This document shows positions 1 to 9,527 of a stretch of DNA of 64,000 bases, one piece after another (positions within the stretch are counted from its first letter, which is position 1; each line of letters opens with the position of its first letter). Where the stretch lies: the IMG/VR virus record IMGVR_UViG_3300028805_003982; one strand, written 5' to 3'. The position numbers were made by a program, and so were the translations under genes. Below the pieces are notes generated by a model, which had not been told where the DNA came from, made no database searches, and saw nothing but the letters and a program-made list of their open reading frames with translations. The DNA comes from a virus (lineage: Duplodnaviria > Caudoviricetes).

Positions 1-54
1 CTTATCAGTTGCCTCGATTACTACAATGAGCGTCACGCTTTGAAGTTAAGTTGA
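1..54 (+). CDS. C-terminal fragment of group II intron reverse transcriptase/maturase (5' part outside window)
   Basis: Frame 1 reads LISCLDYYNERHALKLS-stop; the TGA abuts domain V, as is usual for class C intron ORFs. Confidence 0.7.
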   Translation, partial: LISCLDYYNERHALKLS

Positions 55-118
55 ACCGCCGTATGCCGAACGGCACGTACGGTGGTGTGAGAGGGGGATT
101 AATTTCCCCCTACTCGAT
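1..118 (+). mobile_element. 3' end of a group II intron (class C-like): end of intron-encoded protein plus domains V and VI
   Basis: GAACCGCCGTATGCCGAACGGCACGTACGGTGGTGTGAGAGG is a domain V with CGC triad, typical of class C. It is followed by a domain VI hairpin GGGGGATTAATTTCCCCC and the end CTACTCGAT at 118. Confidence 0.9.
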
Positions 119-195
119 TGGAAGTTGATCGGAATAAGATCCATCGGCTTTGAGGCGTGTTATAATTAACCTAATAATTGATGTTTGGGGGATTT

Positions 196-795
196 ATGCT
201 TTTTCGGGTTTATCACGGGAGTAATGTTGTTGTAGAGCATCCGGATTTAAAACACAGCAATCCGGCAACCGATTTTGGTTTGGGCTTCTATGTTACCGGC
301 GATGTTGATATGGCGGAGCGGTGGGCGGCTCAAAAGAAAGCGGCTTCTATAATCAATGTTTATTCTCTCGATGATTCTGAGTTAACTAAATTGAATCTGG
401 TTGCGGATTCAAGATGGTTGGATTATATTTTGGATAAACGCTTGGAACATAATGAGATTAATGATTTATATGATTTAATCATCGGGCCTACGGCAGATGA
501 TAGAATGTTCCGTGTTATTAACGCATATATGGACAAAGATCCTTTGTTTCATATAACGAGGGATCAGGTTTTACAGTGTATTTCGGCCATTCCCATAGGA
601 GAACAAATAGCGTTAAAAAGCGAAAAAGCTTTAGAATGTTTAACCTTTAACAGTTTTTATGAGCTGGATGAAAAACAAATAGACGGGCGTAAACAAGAAA
701 CAGAACAAAAAAGAAACCGGATCAACCAAATTATCGATGAGTTTTTGCGAACAGGGCAAGGCTTAGAAAGATTACAGGATATAAATCCGGATTAA
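196..795 (+). CDS. DUF3990-family protein (ADP-ribosyltransferase-like fold, putative toxin)
   Basis: YHGS...DFGLGFYVT...AERWA...YDLIIGPTADD motifs; ATG 196 follows a GGGGGA RBS. Confidence 0.75.
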   Translation: MLFRVYHGSNVVVEHPDLKHSNPATDFGLGFYVTGDVDMAERWAAQKKAASIINVYSLDDSELTKLNLVADSRWLDYILDKRLEHNEINDLYDLIIGPTADDRMFRVINAYMDKDPLFHITRDQVLQCISAIPIGEQIALKSEKALECLTFNSFYELDEKQIDGRKQETEQKRNRINQIIDEFLRTGQGLERLQDINPD

Positions 796-807
796 TGGAG
801 CGATAAG

Positions 808-1260
808 ATGACAGACGCTGAATCGGACGTTAAACGAAGGATAAACAATAGTCTGATAGATTCGATGGCTAATGTTTTTGCTTTGGCGTGCAGACGACAT
901 TATGATCTGCATGTTTTTACAAAACTGTTTTTAAATAGTGATACGTATAATGATTTTTATGATGATTTTTCTCTGAATTGTCAGTCAGTAAATTACGTGT
1001 TAAACCGTTTTATGTCTGAACTGGGTGTCGAGTTGCCTAAGTCCGAAACAGACGAAACCGAAGCCGGATATTGGGTCGGTTGGATCTTGGGGCATTGGCA
1101 GTTTGATAAGGGTTTGTCCGGCAGGGATATATTGAAGGGTTATGACATCGATTATATAATTGACAGCTATCCTTGCTATCATACCCAGGGGAATCGCTAT
1201 GTTTATTATCAATTTGAAAGAGAAGGCCGCTTAGATAAGTCTTCAGATATGCCGATTTAA
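808..1260 (+). CDS. DUF3791-like partner protein (putative antitoxin of the DUF3990 gene)
   Basis: F..LFLNS, YWVGWILGHWQ and YPCYHTQ pattern typical of proteins encoded next to DUF3990; GGAG RBS. Confidence 0.6.
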   Translation: MTDAESDVKRRINNSLIDSMANVFALACRRHYDLHVFTKLFLNSDTYNDFYDDFSLNCQSVNYVLNRFMSELGVELPKSETDETEAGYWVGWILGHWQFDKGLSGRDILKGYDIDYIIDSYPCYHTQGNRYVYYQFEREGRLDKSSDMPI

Positions 1261-1294
1261 CTTGGCGATAATATGTGAAACGGCGGTTTTTGCG

Positions 1295-1323
1295 GCTCTA
1301 ATAAGTATCCTTGGTGGTATACT
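1295..1323 (+). promoter_or_regulatory. Element-specific promoter (GTTCTA class)
   Basis: GCTCTA-17 bp-TATACT, G at -14; embedded in hairpin 1300-1352 that covers the GAGGTG RBS. Confidence 0.6.
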
Positions 1324-1352
1324 ATGAGTAATACTACTATGAGGTGCTATTT

Positions 1353-2225
1353 ATGGATGTAAAGAAATCTGAACGACATGACGAACACGCGCTGGTCTCG
1401 CCTTCGTCTCTTGCAAGAACAGCGGCTTGCCCCGCTTCGTTGATGATAAACAAGAACGCCGGAAGCAATGAAACTGCTTATACGCTGGAGGGTACAAGGG
1501 CACACATGGTTGCCGAGTATTTCGCCAGAGAAGCGTTGGGGCTTCCTGCCATCATGAAGTTTGAGGAAATCCCCGACAAGACAAAGGAAATGGTCAGATA
1601 CGGCATGGATTATGCCAAGTTCGCATATATGATCAAAGCTACCATGGAAGCGACATCTTCTTTGCCGGTAGCAGCTTATTGTGAGCGTAAGGTCAGCTGC
1701 GAACCGGTTATCCCCGAATGTTGGGGTACGGCAGACCTTATGTTCGTAGGTTCAGACCGCATCAGTGTTGCCGATTATAAGTTCGGTGCCAATAAAGTAG
1801 AAGTTCTCGGTAATTTCCAGCTTAAAGCGTATGCTTTGGGCGCTTATCTTTCTTTAACTGAGAAGGAGAGGGCAGGGGTTACCTATGTTGATACGTATAT
1901 CTTCCAGCCCAGAGCCAACTTCTTGAAGGACGGCAAGCCTGAAAAGGGGTATTTCGGAGTGACATCTTATTCAGTAAAGGAACTGTTTAACTGGGCTAAG
2001 GTCATTACTCCTACAGTCCTTAAAGCAATCGACGGTGTTGATGAAAGGCTCGGCGGCGATCATTGTATGTTCTGCGCAGCTAAGGGTTCTTGTGAGATGG
2101 CATTAAACTATAAGAAGGATTTTAAGGCGTCCCTTGCTGCCGAAGAAGAGGCACAGGATGTGTCATTGGCAGACGCATACCAGCAGGGCGGGGACGACCT
2201 GGATACGCCCACTTATTCTTTGTAA
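1353..2225 (+). CDS. DUF2800-family Cas4/RecB-like PD-(D/E)xK exonuclease (phage-type)
   Basis: HALVSPSS..R..ACP, EGTRAH, WGTADL...VADYKFG, QLKAYALG and CMFC...C Fe-S-type cysteines; acidic tail ending TYSL. Confidence 0.85.
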   Translation: MDVKKSERHDEHALVSPSSLARTAACPASLMINKNAGSNETAYTLEGTRAHMVAEYFAREALGLPAIMKFEEIPDKTKEMVRYGMDYAKFAYMIKATMEATSSLPVAAYCERKVSCEPVIPECWGTADLMFVGSDRISVADYKFGANKVEVLGNFQLKAYALGAYLSLTEKERAGVTYVDTYIFQPRANFLKDGKPEKGYFGVTSYSVKELFNWAKVITPTVLKAIDGVDERLGGDHCMFCAAKGSCEMALNYKKDFKASLAAEEEAQDVSLADAYQQGGDDLDTPTYSL

Positions 2226-2511
2226 CATTGTTACTTTTCAATGACTGTTGTTGTGTTCTTATAAAATGTTGATTTTCCGTAGTTTTTAGAAACCAACATT
2301 CACGTTCGTTTTATAAAGTATTGCATTATTAATACTTTACAAGACAGCGGTAAATAAATGTTTACCGGGTTTTTCGATAAACCAACAAAAGATTTTTAAC
2401 AAAATGTCATACAATTTCCTGATTTAGAAGTTATAATAACTCGTAGGAATACCCACAATATACCCACTCTCAGCAGGCGTATTGTGAGATAGAACCAAGG
2501 AGAGCAGTAAT

Positions 2512-4749
2512 ATGTTATTTATTGATTTTGAGACCCGTTCGGCAACGCCCATCACTTCCGGTGTCTATAGATATGTTGAAGATCCGTATTTCCGCATTCA
2601 GCTTTTTTCGTTTGCGTATGACGATGATGAGATAACGACCTTAGATCTGATGAATCCGTTAGTCGTCATTCCGGAGCAGGTTAAGAAAGACATGCTGGAT
2701 AAGACCTGTACCAAAGTTGCTCATAACTCCCAGTTTGAACGTATATGTTATTCCAGGTTCTGCGGTATGCCTACGGGGCAGTATATAGAGCCCGAAGGCT
2801 GGATATGCACTATGACATTAGGTCTTTTCAGAGGCTTTCCTGCAAAGCTCGAAGCGTTGGGCAACGCTCTTGGCATACCGGAAGACGCCAAGAAGATGAA
2901 GGAAGGTAAGAGGCTTATTGCCAAGTATGCCGTACCTCAGAAGACTAAGACCGGTCAGATCTATTTCAACGAGCCCGAGCCGGATCTGTTCGGCGTTGAC
3001 ACTGATTGGGACACTTATAAGAAATACAATAATACCGACGTTGCCGCTGAGAGAGCGATCTACAAGGCTCTTGTAAGACGTGGTGGCGGTTACGGCATGA
3101 TGGGAGCAAACGGCGTTTGGTCACCCACGCTTTGGGAAGAATTCTGGATCTCCGAAAGGGTCAATGACAGGGGAGTCAGGCTTGACAGAAAGTTTGTCAA
3201 CGGTGCGGTGGATCTTTCCAATGTCTTTTCCGAGAAGCAGGCAAAGGAGTTTAAGGCTACTTGTGATAAGATCGCCAAACTTCGCGGAGTGTCTGAGATA
3301 GAAAATGTTAAATCGATCCAGCAGCTTCAGGCAGTCTCCGGTTTTACTTCCGTTAAGAAAGAGGCATTAACAGATTATCTTTCGCATCATAAGGAACCCA
3401 AGACCGAGATGGAAAAGCTGCTCTGCGATTTCTGCCGTTACCGTTTGAGCGACGGCAAGACATCCGTTAAGAAGTATGAGAAGATGCAGGAGTGTATCAA
3501 TTCGGACGGCAGGGTAAGAGGGCTCTTCCGCTTTGGCGGTGCAGGGCAGACCCTTCGTTATGCGGGAAGGCTCGTTCAGCTTCAGAACCTTTCCAAGAAC
3601 CATTTCGGTACCATCGAAAAGGACGGCGTTCTGGTATCACCTGAAGTGCAGATCCTGAAAGCCCGTATCTCAAAGCTTGATCAGACGGTCTTTGACGAGT
3701 CCGAGGATTTTCTTGATATCCTGTCTCAGCTTGTAAGACCGTCACTTATCCCGGCTAAAGATCACATCTTTGCCGTTGCCGATTTCTCTGCTATCGAGGC
3801 CCGTGTCCTTTCGTGGCTTGCAGGAGAGCAGTGGCGTATAGACGCGTTCAGGAACGGTGAAGACATCTATTGTGCAACTGCAAGTAAGATGTTCGGCGTT
3901 CCCGTTGTTAAGCACGGTGAGAACGGAGAGCTCAGGGCGAAGGGCAAGGTCGCTGAGCTGGCGTGCGGTTACGGCGGCGGAGTGGGTGCTCTGCAGGCGT
4001 TCGGAGCCGATAAGATGGGCATGAACGAAGAACAGATGAAGGAGATAGTCACTAACTGGCGTAACAGTTCCCCCAGGATCACGGGTCTGTGGTGGGATCT
4101 TGAAAGGGCTGTCGTAGACTGTCTCCTGACAGGTGAGATGCAGCAGCTTGCCAAATATGTGGGGCTCAGGGTCTATGCGCTTACAAATGAGTTGGGTAAC
4201 ATGGATCTTATAATAGAGCTTCCCAACGGCAGAAGCCTGTTCTATAACGATGCGGAAATAAGAGATGCGAAAGATGACCCCATTAACCTCAGCGGACGCG
4301 GCATGGATCAGAGATCTCTGTCAATACAGCGCAGGAAGGTCGAACAGATCTCTTTTATGAGAACCGAAAAGAACAATCTTTTGAGGACTCCCACTTATTC
4401 CGGTAAACTCACCGAGAATGTTATACAGGCTCTTGCAAGAGACCTTTTGCAGGAAGCGCTGAAGAATCTTCAGAACGAAGGTTACGGCGTTGTTGCGCAT
4501 ATCCACGATGAGTGCATCGTTGAAGTTCCCAAGATAAAGCCGGACGGCACTTTCAAGACTCCTGAAGAACTTACGGCAGAACTCGATAAGATAAGTGACA
4601 TCATGGCAAGGGGCTGCAGTTGGAGCAAAGGGCTTCCTCTACGTGCCGACGGCTATCTTTGTAATTACTACATGAAGGACAGCGAGGGCGCTATTGACCC
4701 CAAATACACAATGAATGATGACTGGGATATAGATCCCGACGATCTTTGA
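2512..4749 (+). CDS. Phage-type family A DNA polymerase with 3'-5' exonuclease domain
   Basis: Exo I IDFETRS, AHNSQFER; motif A ADFSAIEARVL; motif B RAKGKVAELACGYG; motif C HIHDE; AAGGAG RBS. Confidence 0.93.
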   Translation: MLFIDFETRSATPITSGVYRYVEDPYFRIQLFSFAYDDDEITTLDLMNPLVVIPEQVKKDMLDKTCTKVAHNSQFERICYSRFCGMPTGQYIEPEGWICTMTLGLFRGFPAKLEALGNALGIPEDAKKMKEGKRLIAKYAVPQKTKTGQIYFNEPEPDLFGVDTDWDTYKKYNNTDVAAERAIYKALVRRGGGYGMMGANGVWSPTLWEEFWISERVNDRGVRLDRKFVNGAVDLSNVFSEKQAKEFKATCDKIAKLRGVSEIENVKSIQQLQAVSGFTSVKKEALTDYLSHHKEPKTEMEKLLCDFCRYRLSDGKTSVKKYEKMQECINSDGRVRGLFRFGGAGQTLRYAGRLVQLQNLSKNHFGTIEKDGVLVSPEVQILKARISKLDQTVFDESEDFLDILSQLVRPSLIPAKDHIFAVADFSAIEARVLSWLAGEQWRIDAFRNGEDIYCATASKMFGVPVVKHGENGELRAKGKVAELACGYGGGVGALQAFGADKMGMNEEQMKEIVTNWRNSSPRITGLWWDLERAVVDCLLTGEMQQLAKYVGLRVYALTNELGNMDLIIELPNGRSLFYNDAEIRDAKDDPINLSGRGMDQRSLSIQRRKVEQISFMRTEKNNLLRTPTYSGKLTENVIQALARDLLQEALKNLQNEGYGVVAHIHDECIVEVPKIKPDGTFKTPEELTAELDKISDIMARGCSWSKGLPLRADGYLCNYYMKDSEGAIDPKYTMNDDWDIDPDDL

Positions 4750-4840
4750 CCTCTTATAATCTTGCAAGAGCTGACACCTTGCATGTCCGGGAGGTTTAAG
4801 GGTTACTATCTGTAAACGGTACAGAAAGGAGTAAACTTAC

Positions 4841-6664
4841 ATGGCACAGAAAGATATGAAGGATGACGTTGACGTCAAGACCGGTGATGCCGAGAATAAG
4901 GGACCGGCTCCCGTAAAACCGAAGGTTAAGGACAAGTCTGCAAGCTTTACTCCCGAGTACGAGAATGAGCTCCGTAACATTGCTCAGAATAACGGCGTTG
5001 AGGGGCTTTTTAACGAGCTTTATGATGTTAAGGAAGTCATTATCAAGTATGATATTACACATTACCATATAGAAAAGAACGATGTGTATTTCGGTGACGA
5101 AAAGCTACTTATGCAAAAGGACCTTAAGGGGCGTCCCAACAGGTATCTTTATGCTTCGAGCGAGCATGATCCGATGGAAGGCAAGACAGTTACGCCTTTT
5201 ATGCTCCTGTCATATATCAAGTGTGCCAATGTTATAGGCCAGGCGACCAAGCAGTCGAGAAAAAAGGCTCTTGCCTTGGCAAAGGAAGACAAGCTGGTTG
5301 AAAAGTATCTTGGTGCAGAAAGCTGGATGTCCGACCTTGCCAAAGACGGCAAGGACAGGATACAGTCTAATGCGTTTAATGTCATGACTGTCTTTAAGTA
5401 TGATCCTTATTTCAAGGAACTCCGTTATAACGCATGGACACATCAGTATATCTGGAAAGGCAGGCCTCTTAAGGATTCGGACATAGCAGAGTTCGTTATC
5501 TACATGGGTCAGAACTACGATATGTTCAGCCTCAAGCAGAGCGTGGTATATGAATCGGTCAACTATGTTGAGAACTTCAGATCCTACGACCCTCTTCTTG
5601 AATACCTCGAAGGCTGCTACAGGGATTACGGAGCTACGGGCACTTATGAGATGGATCATCTGTTTCAGGAATTTCTCGGCTGCGAGGATTCGCCTTACAC
5701 CGTAGAAGTCAGCCGTTTGATGCTCTGCGGTGCGATAGGCCGTGCGTATAACCCCGGATGCAAGTTTGATACCATGTTCCTTATCCAGGGCGCAAGACAA
5801 GGTCAGGGCAAGTCAACCCTTATCAAGAAGCTTGGTGCGGGCTTCGGCCGTGAGGATATCAGCATCAAGGACTTTGAGAGCAAGACGATAGCAGAGAAGA
5901 TGAGGGGCGGTGCATGGCTTTGCGAGATCCCTGAGATGGACGGTCTTTCAGGACTTAACGAGAATACTTTGAAGGCTATGCTTTCCAAGAGCGAGGACTA
6001 TTTCAGGCCCGCTTACGCACGCAACATGGTGCTCATACCCAGAAGGACAGTGTTTGTCGGAACGGTCAACGATACTGATGACCTCTTTACAGACGTCAAA
6101 AACAGGCGTTTTGTTGTCATTCAGTGTGATGAGGAAAGGCAGACCAAGTATTCCTTTGACGATAAGGACATGAGTACGGAGTATGTCCGCAAGCTCTGGG
6201 GGCAGGCTATGGCATTGTACCGCAGCGGTGTTTATAACAAGAACGGTCTGGTATTATCGGACAGTGCGGCAGACGTTGCAGGCGACATCTGTGAATCTCT
6301 TGTAAAGCATGATCTTGCATTATCTCAGCTCGTCGATTTCCTCAGAATGCCTAGAGCCAACGGGTGGGATGAACTGCAGCCCTATGAGAAGGCTAAACTG
6401 TTCAGAGGGTATATCAATAATACCAATGAAGTTCCCGGGGAATTTGTATCTGAGATCTCGCTTCCCGAGATCATAGTAGAGATGCTGGGCAAAGAGATAT
6501 CCGCCGGTGTCGGCGATGACCGTATGGTCATACAGATCAAGAAGGAGCTTACCCGTCTGGGGTATCATAAGGGGCATGTCAAGGTCATAAAGGGCTACGG
6601 TAAGTCCGTGCAGATGTTTGTCCGCATTCCTCCCAAAGAGCATAAAAAGGCGTCAAAGTCCTAA
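4841..6664 (+). CDS. VapE-family (virulence-associated E) P-loop helicase of phage primase-helicase type
   Basis: PGCKFD, Walker A QGQGKST, WLCEIPEM, FRPAYAR, VFVGTVN, NRRF motifs. Confidence 0.88.
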   Translation: MAQKDMKDDVDVKTGDAENKGPAPVKPKVKDKSASFTPEYENELRNIAQNNGVEGLFNELYDVKEVIIKYDITHYHIEKNDVYFGDEKLLMQKDLKGRPNRYLYASSEHDPMEGKTVTPFMLLSYIKCANVIGQATKQSRKKALALAKEDKLVEKYLGAESWMSDLAKDGKDRIQSNAFNVMTVFKYDPYFKELRYNAWTHQYIWKGRPLKDSDIAEFVIYMGQNYDMFSLKQSVVYESVNYVENFRSYDPLLEYLEGCYRDYGATGTYEMDHLFQEFLGCEDSPYTVEVSRLMLCGAIGRAYNPGCKFDTMFLIQGARQGQGKSTLIKKLGAGFGREDISIKDFESKTIAEKMRGGAWLCEIPEMDGLSGLNENTLKAMLSKSEDYFRPAYARNMVLIPRRTVFVGTVNDTDDLFTDVKNRRFVVIQCDEERQTKYSFDDKDMSTEYVRKLWGQAMALYRSGVYNKNGLVLSDSAADVAGDICESLVKHDLALSQLVDFLRMPRANGWDELQPYEKAKLFRGYINNTNEVPGEFVSEISLPEIIVEMLGKEISAGVGDDRMVIQIKKELTRLGYHKGHVKVIKGYGKSVQMFVRIPPKEHKKASKS

Positions 6665-6830
6665 TATTTGGACATTTGGCGATAAAAACAGAAATTTGAA
6701 TGTTATACTAAAAGTAGGCAAGGCATGATACCTAAAGAGAAATCTCAGGGTATTACCAAAAACAAAGCAAGTGGTATAATATGCAAGTAATGCGTAGCAT
6801 TTGCTTATGACTAACAGGAGGTATAACACC

Positions 6831-7439
6831 ATGGCAAGAGCAAGTTCAAAGAGCAAAGCATCCGAAGGGTCGGCAGAAAGCGTGAAGGCGGTTACGCCGG
6901 CTAAAAAGAAGCCCGGCAGGATCAGGGATGTCGACAAACTGACGGAAGAAGAGATCAGGATCAAAAAGGAAAAGAACTCGGAGAGGATCAGTAAGTTCCA
7001 GAAAGAATCTTATAAGATGTCGCTGGTAAAACTCAGCCGCAACGACGACGCGGAACTTATAAAATTTCTTGATAATGAAGGTAATTTCTCAGGCGGCTGT
7101 AAGCAGATGCTGAGGTACGCGATAGCAAAAAGAAGGGAAGATATATTAGAGGCTTGCCCGGATCTTTCTCCTAAAGCGGATGCTATAAGATCGGACGTTA
7201 TATTTAAGGCTGAACTCTTAAGTGAATTGAGATTCTGGGCTTTAGTCGACCTGCTTCCGAAGCTTGGTACGGATAAATGGTGGACAGACCGCAAGAAGGT
7301 ATTTACATTTGACGAGACCGCAGACGAAAACGTACGTGTTAACGCTTTGTTTGACGAAGTTAAAAAAGACGGCGTAAAAGTGGTCGGCAAGCGCAGAGTT
7401 TATAAATATGTTTATGTGGAAGATGTAGAGGAGATCTGA
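6831..7439 (+). CDS. Hypothetical protein with probable ribbon-helix-helix DNA-binding segment
   Basis: AGGAGG RBS; segment SLVKLSRNDDAELIKFLDNEGNFSGGCKQMLRYAI resembles small phage RHH proteins. Confidence 0.55.
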   Translation: MARASSKSKASEGSAESVKAVTPAKKKPGRIRDVDKLTEEEIRIKKEKNSERISKFQKESYKMSLVKLSRNDDAELIKFLDNEGNFSGGCKQMLRYAIAKRREDILEACPDLSPKADAIRSDVIFKAELLSELRFWALVDLLPKLGTDKWWTDRKKVFTFDETADENVRVNALFDEVKKDGVKVVGKRRVYKYVYVEDVEEI

Positions 7440-7478
7440 CGATCTGATAATAATTCCCCGTATTTGAGTGTATTTTTC

Positions 7479-7510
7479 ATCCCTGACGTTATACTAATAA
7501 TGTTAGGGAT
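7479..7510 (+). terminator. Hairpin (probable terminator) overlapping a TATACT -10 element
   Basis: ATCCCTGACGTTAT / ATAATGTTAGGGAT, a 14-bp stem with two G-U pairs, followed by TATTTAT. Confidence 0.55.
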
Positions 7511-7542
7511 TATTTATAGCTTAAAGAAAGGAATGTGTTTTT

Positions 7543-7827
7543 ATGAACGGATCTAGTTATGACGCTATCCTGTTAAGGGTAAAAAGAGACCTTGATGACG
7601 GCGTTCTTACGGCGGGCAAAAAGGAAAAGGATGCGATGATGCTGTATGGCACGGGTACGGGGGTCGCCAAAGGTTTTCGTGAAGTAATGCCTGACTTTCT
7701 GGCAGGCTGGCTTTGGGCTTCTCTGGAAGAACAGAACGAATATCTTGAACTCAGCAATGAGATCAGGAAGGAAAGGGGCCTTGAGGTGTTGGATTCCTTT
7801 GAGACTTGTTCGGAGGCGGCCTGCTGA
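7543..7827 (+). CDS. Hypothetical protein
   Basis: AAAGGA RBS; 94-aa ORF directly upstream of VRR-NUC gene. Confidence 0.65.
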   Translation: MNGSSYDAILLRVKRDLDDGVLTAGKKEKDAMMLYGTGTGVAKGFREVMPDFLAGWLWASLEEQNEYLELSNEIRKERGLEVLDSFETCSEAAC

Positions 7828-7829
7828 TC

Positions 7830-8258
7830 ATGTATAACGGAAGAAGATCTAAGAAGCCTTTGGAATCCAAGAACGAAGGGTATCTCGTAAAAGCCGTTGC
7901 GAAAATGGGCGGAAAGGCTCCTAAGCTTACCTGCATGGGTATGTCGGGGTTCCCGGACAGAATGATATTGCTCCCTTATGGAATAGTAAGTTATGCAGAG
8001 GTAAAAAGACCCGGTGAAAAACCCAGACCTAAGCAGGTGGAACGCATGAGTGAACTGGCTGCTCTCGGTTTTGACGTATGGTGGGCTGATAATACCGACG
8101 AGATCGACAGGCAGCTTCAAAGACTGGGTAATGCTGTCACTGAGGCTCAGGCTTCAGGTAAGAGCAAGGCAACAATCGTTCAGGGCACGCAGGCTCAGAT
8201 AAGACCCGCAGCAGTGTTCAGGATCGTTACGGAGAGCGGCGAGCGCAAAGTTAAGTAG
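7830..8258 (+). CDS. VRR-NUC domain nuclease
   Basis: E..NE..L, GFPDRMIL, YAEVKRPG.KPRPKQ; GGAGG RBS before ATG 7830. Confidence 0.88.
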   Translation: MYNGRRSKKPLESKNEGYLVKAVAKMGGKAPKLTCMGMSGFPDRMILLPYGIVSYAEVKRPGEKPRPKQVERMSELAALGFDVWWADNTDEIDRQLQRLGNAVTEAQASGKSKATIVQGTQAQIRPAAVFRIVTESGERKVK

Positions 8259-8281
8259 ACTGCTTCTTTTATTTCAATAAC

Positions 8282-8310
8282 AGTCTAAAACTCCTTTTGG
8301 CGGTTATTCT
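8282..8310 (+). promoter_or_regulatory. Element-specific promoter (GTTCTA class)
   Basis: AGTCTAAA; 17 bp to TATTCT; inside hairpin 8286-8337 covering the AGGAG RBS. Confidence 0.6.
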
Positions 8311-8339
8311 TAAAAGAATACGCTGAGAGGAGTTTTATT

Positions 8340-9383
8340 ATGAATACCAAGAATAGCCGTACAACCGGCGGTAACTGGCAGGAAGTAGGGATCGACATAA
8401 ACGGCATCGTCTGGGAAAACAAGGATATTGCGGATGCGGATATCGAACTGATAAAAAACTGTCTCGTATGTACCGGGTATTGTCCTTTGATAGACGGGTC
8501 TAATCCCGAACAGCCCGAGTTCCCGTTAGCTTATGCGGTCATTAAGGTTTCCGATCTTTCCGACAGTCTGCGTTCATATCTGGAGGACGTTTATAACCCT
8601 GTCCGTGACGTGTTCATATTGCAGTGCGATGCGCAGTTTGGCTGGACGGCTGTTGTCGGCAGCAGCGAGTATCTTAATAAATACATGGAAAACCCTGCGG
8701 GCATCAGTCCCTGTAAGACCGGTGCGTTAGTTTCATATATTGTAGCAAATGATGTGAGATTTAATAAAGAACTGACTAATTACGTAAACTGCGTGAATGA
8801 TGTCCTTTATAAGAACAAATTATATGAGTCATATAAGTTTATCTGCGTTGATCACGACCGTGATCTCATGGATAAGAACACCTTGTTCAGGATAAGCACA
8901 CCTTATCTGTATCGTATGGGTGATAAGTATCTGCCGGTTATTGCCGACGTGCGTTTCTTAAACGATTACTATATGAAGAATGAGTGCCATGAGCAGTACA
9001 AGAATTGTGGTTATCACATGAATAAGACAGCCCGTACCGAGGTTCTTCATGTGGAAAACCCCGACGGCTCTCTTACAAAGATAGATAAGCCGAACATAAA
9101 CGGTTTTGTCTTAAAAGATGATCCTTTTAATGACGTTTCCGGCAATGATGAAAAAGCTAAAAACAAGATCATTCACGATATCTTGGCAAAAGGCGGTGCA
9201 TCCTATTATTTGCAGGGCTGGGGGTTCAGGGTAGCAGAAAACGCGGAAAACCTCGTCACCTTTTCGGCAGAGGATTTCGGTGCAGGGTGCTTGCCTCTTA
9301 AGCATTTCTTGGACCCGAGGTGCGAATCCAAAGGCGATATTACAAGGTTCGATCACGAAGATAACGACATGCCGTCACTCTGA
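8340..9383 (+). CDS. Hypothetical protein (C-terminal ...DMPSL)
   Basis: 347-aa ORF with RBS, own promoter and terminator. Confidence 0.8.
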   Translation: MNTKNSRTTGGNWQEVGIDINGIVWENKDIADADIELIKNCLVCTGYCPLIDGSNPEQPEFPLAYAVIKVSDLSDSLRSYLEDVYNPVRDVFILQCDAQFGWTAVVGSSEYLNKYMENPAGISPCKTGALVSYIVANDVRFNKELTNYVNCVNDVLYKNKLYESYKFICVDHDRDLMDKNTLFRISTPYLYRMGDKYLPVIADVRFLNDYYMKNECHEQYKNCGYHMNKTARTEVLHVENPDGSLTKIDKPNINGFVLKDDPFNDVSGNDEKAKNKIIHDILAKGGASYYLQGWGFRVAENAENLVTFSAEDFGAGCLPLKHFLDPRCESKGDITRFDHEDNDMPSL

Positions 9384-9398
9384 CGGCATATTTTTTTT
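9369..9398 (+). terminator. Rho-independent terminator overlapping the last codons of the upstream gene
   Basis: ATGCCGTCA-CTC-TGACGGCAT followed by ATTTTTTTT. Confidence 0.85.
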
Positions 9399-9449
9399 GT
9401 TAATTTTCCGGCTTATTAAACTATTTGTCCTTAAACGTCGGTATATACG

Positions 9450-9478
9450 GGTCTAAACACGTATCCGTTTGGTATAAT
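9450..9478 (+). promoter_or_regulatory. Element-specific promoter (GTTCTA class)
   Basis: GGTCTAAA; 17 bp to TATAAT with TGG extension. Confidence 0.65.
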
Positions 9479-9527
9479 TAACTCGTAGGAATACTCTAAG
9501 TAAACCAATAATCTTGCGAGGTACTAT

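Noticed and set aside
1353-2225. Cas4-like nuclease as evidence of a CRISPR-Cas system
   Set aside because: It sits in a phage-type replication module. No other cas genes or repeat-spacer array were seen anywhere in the window.
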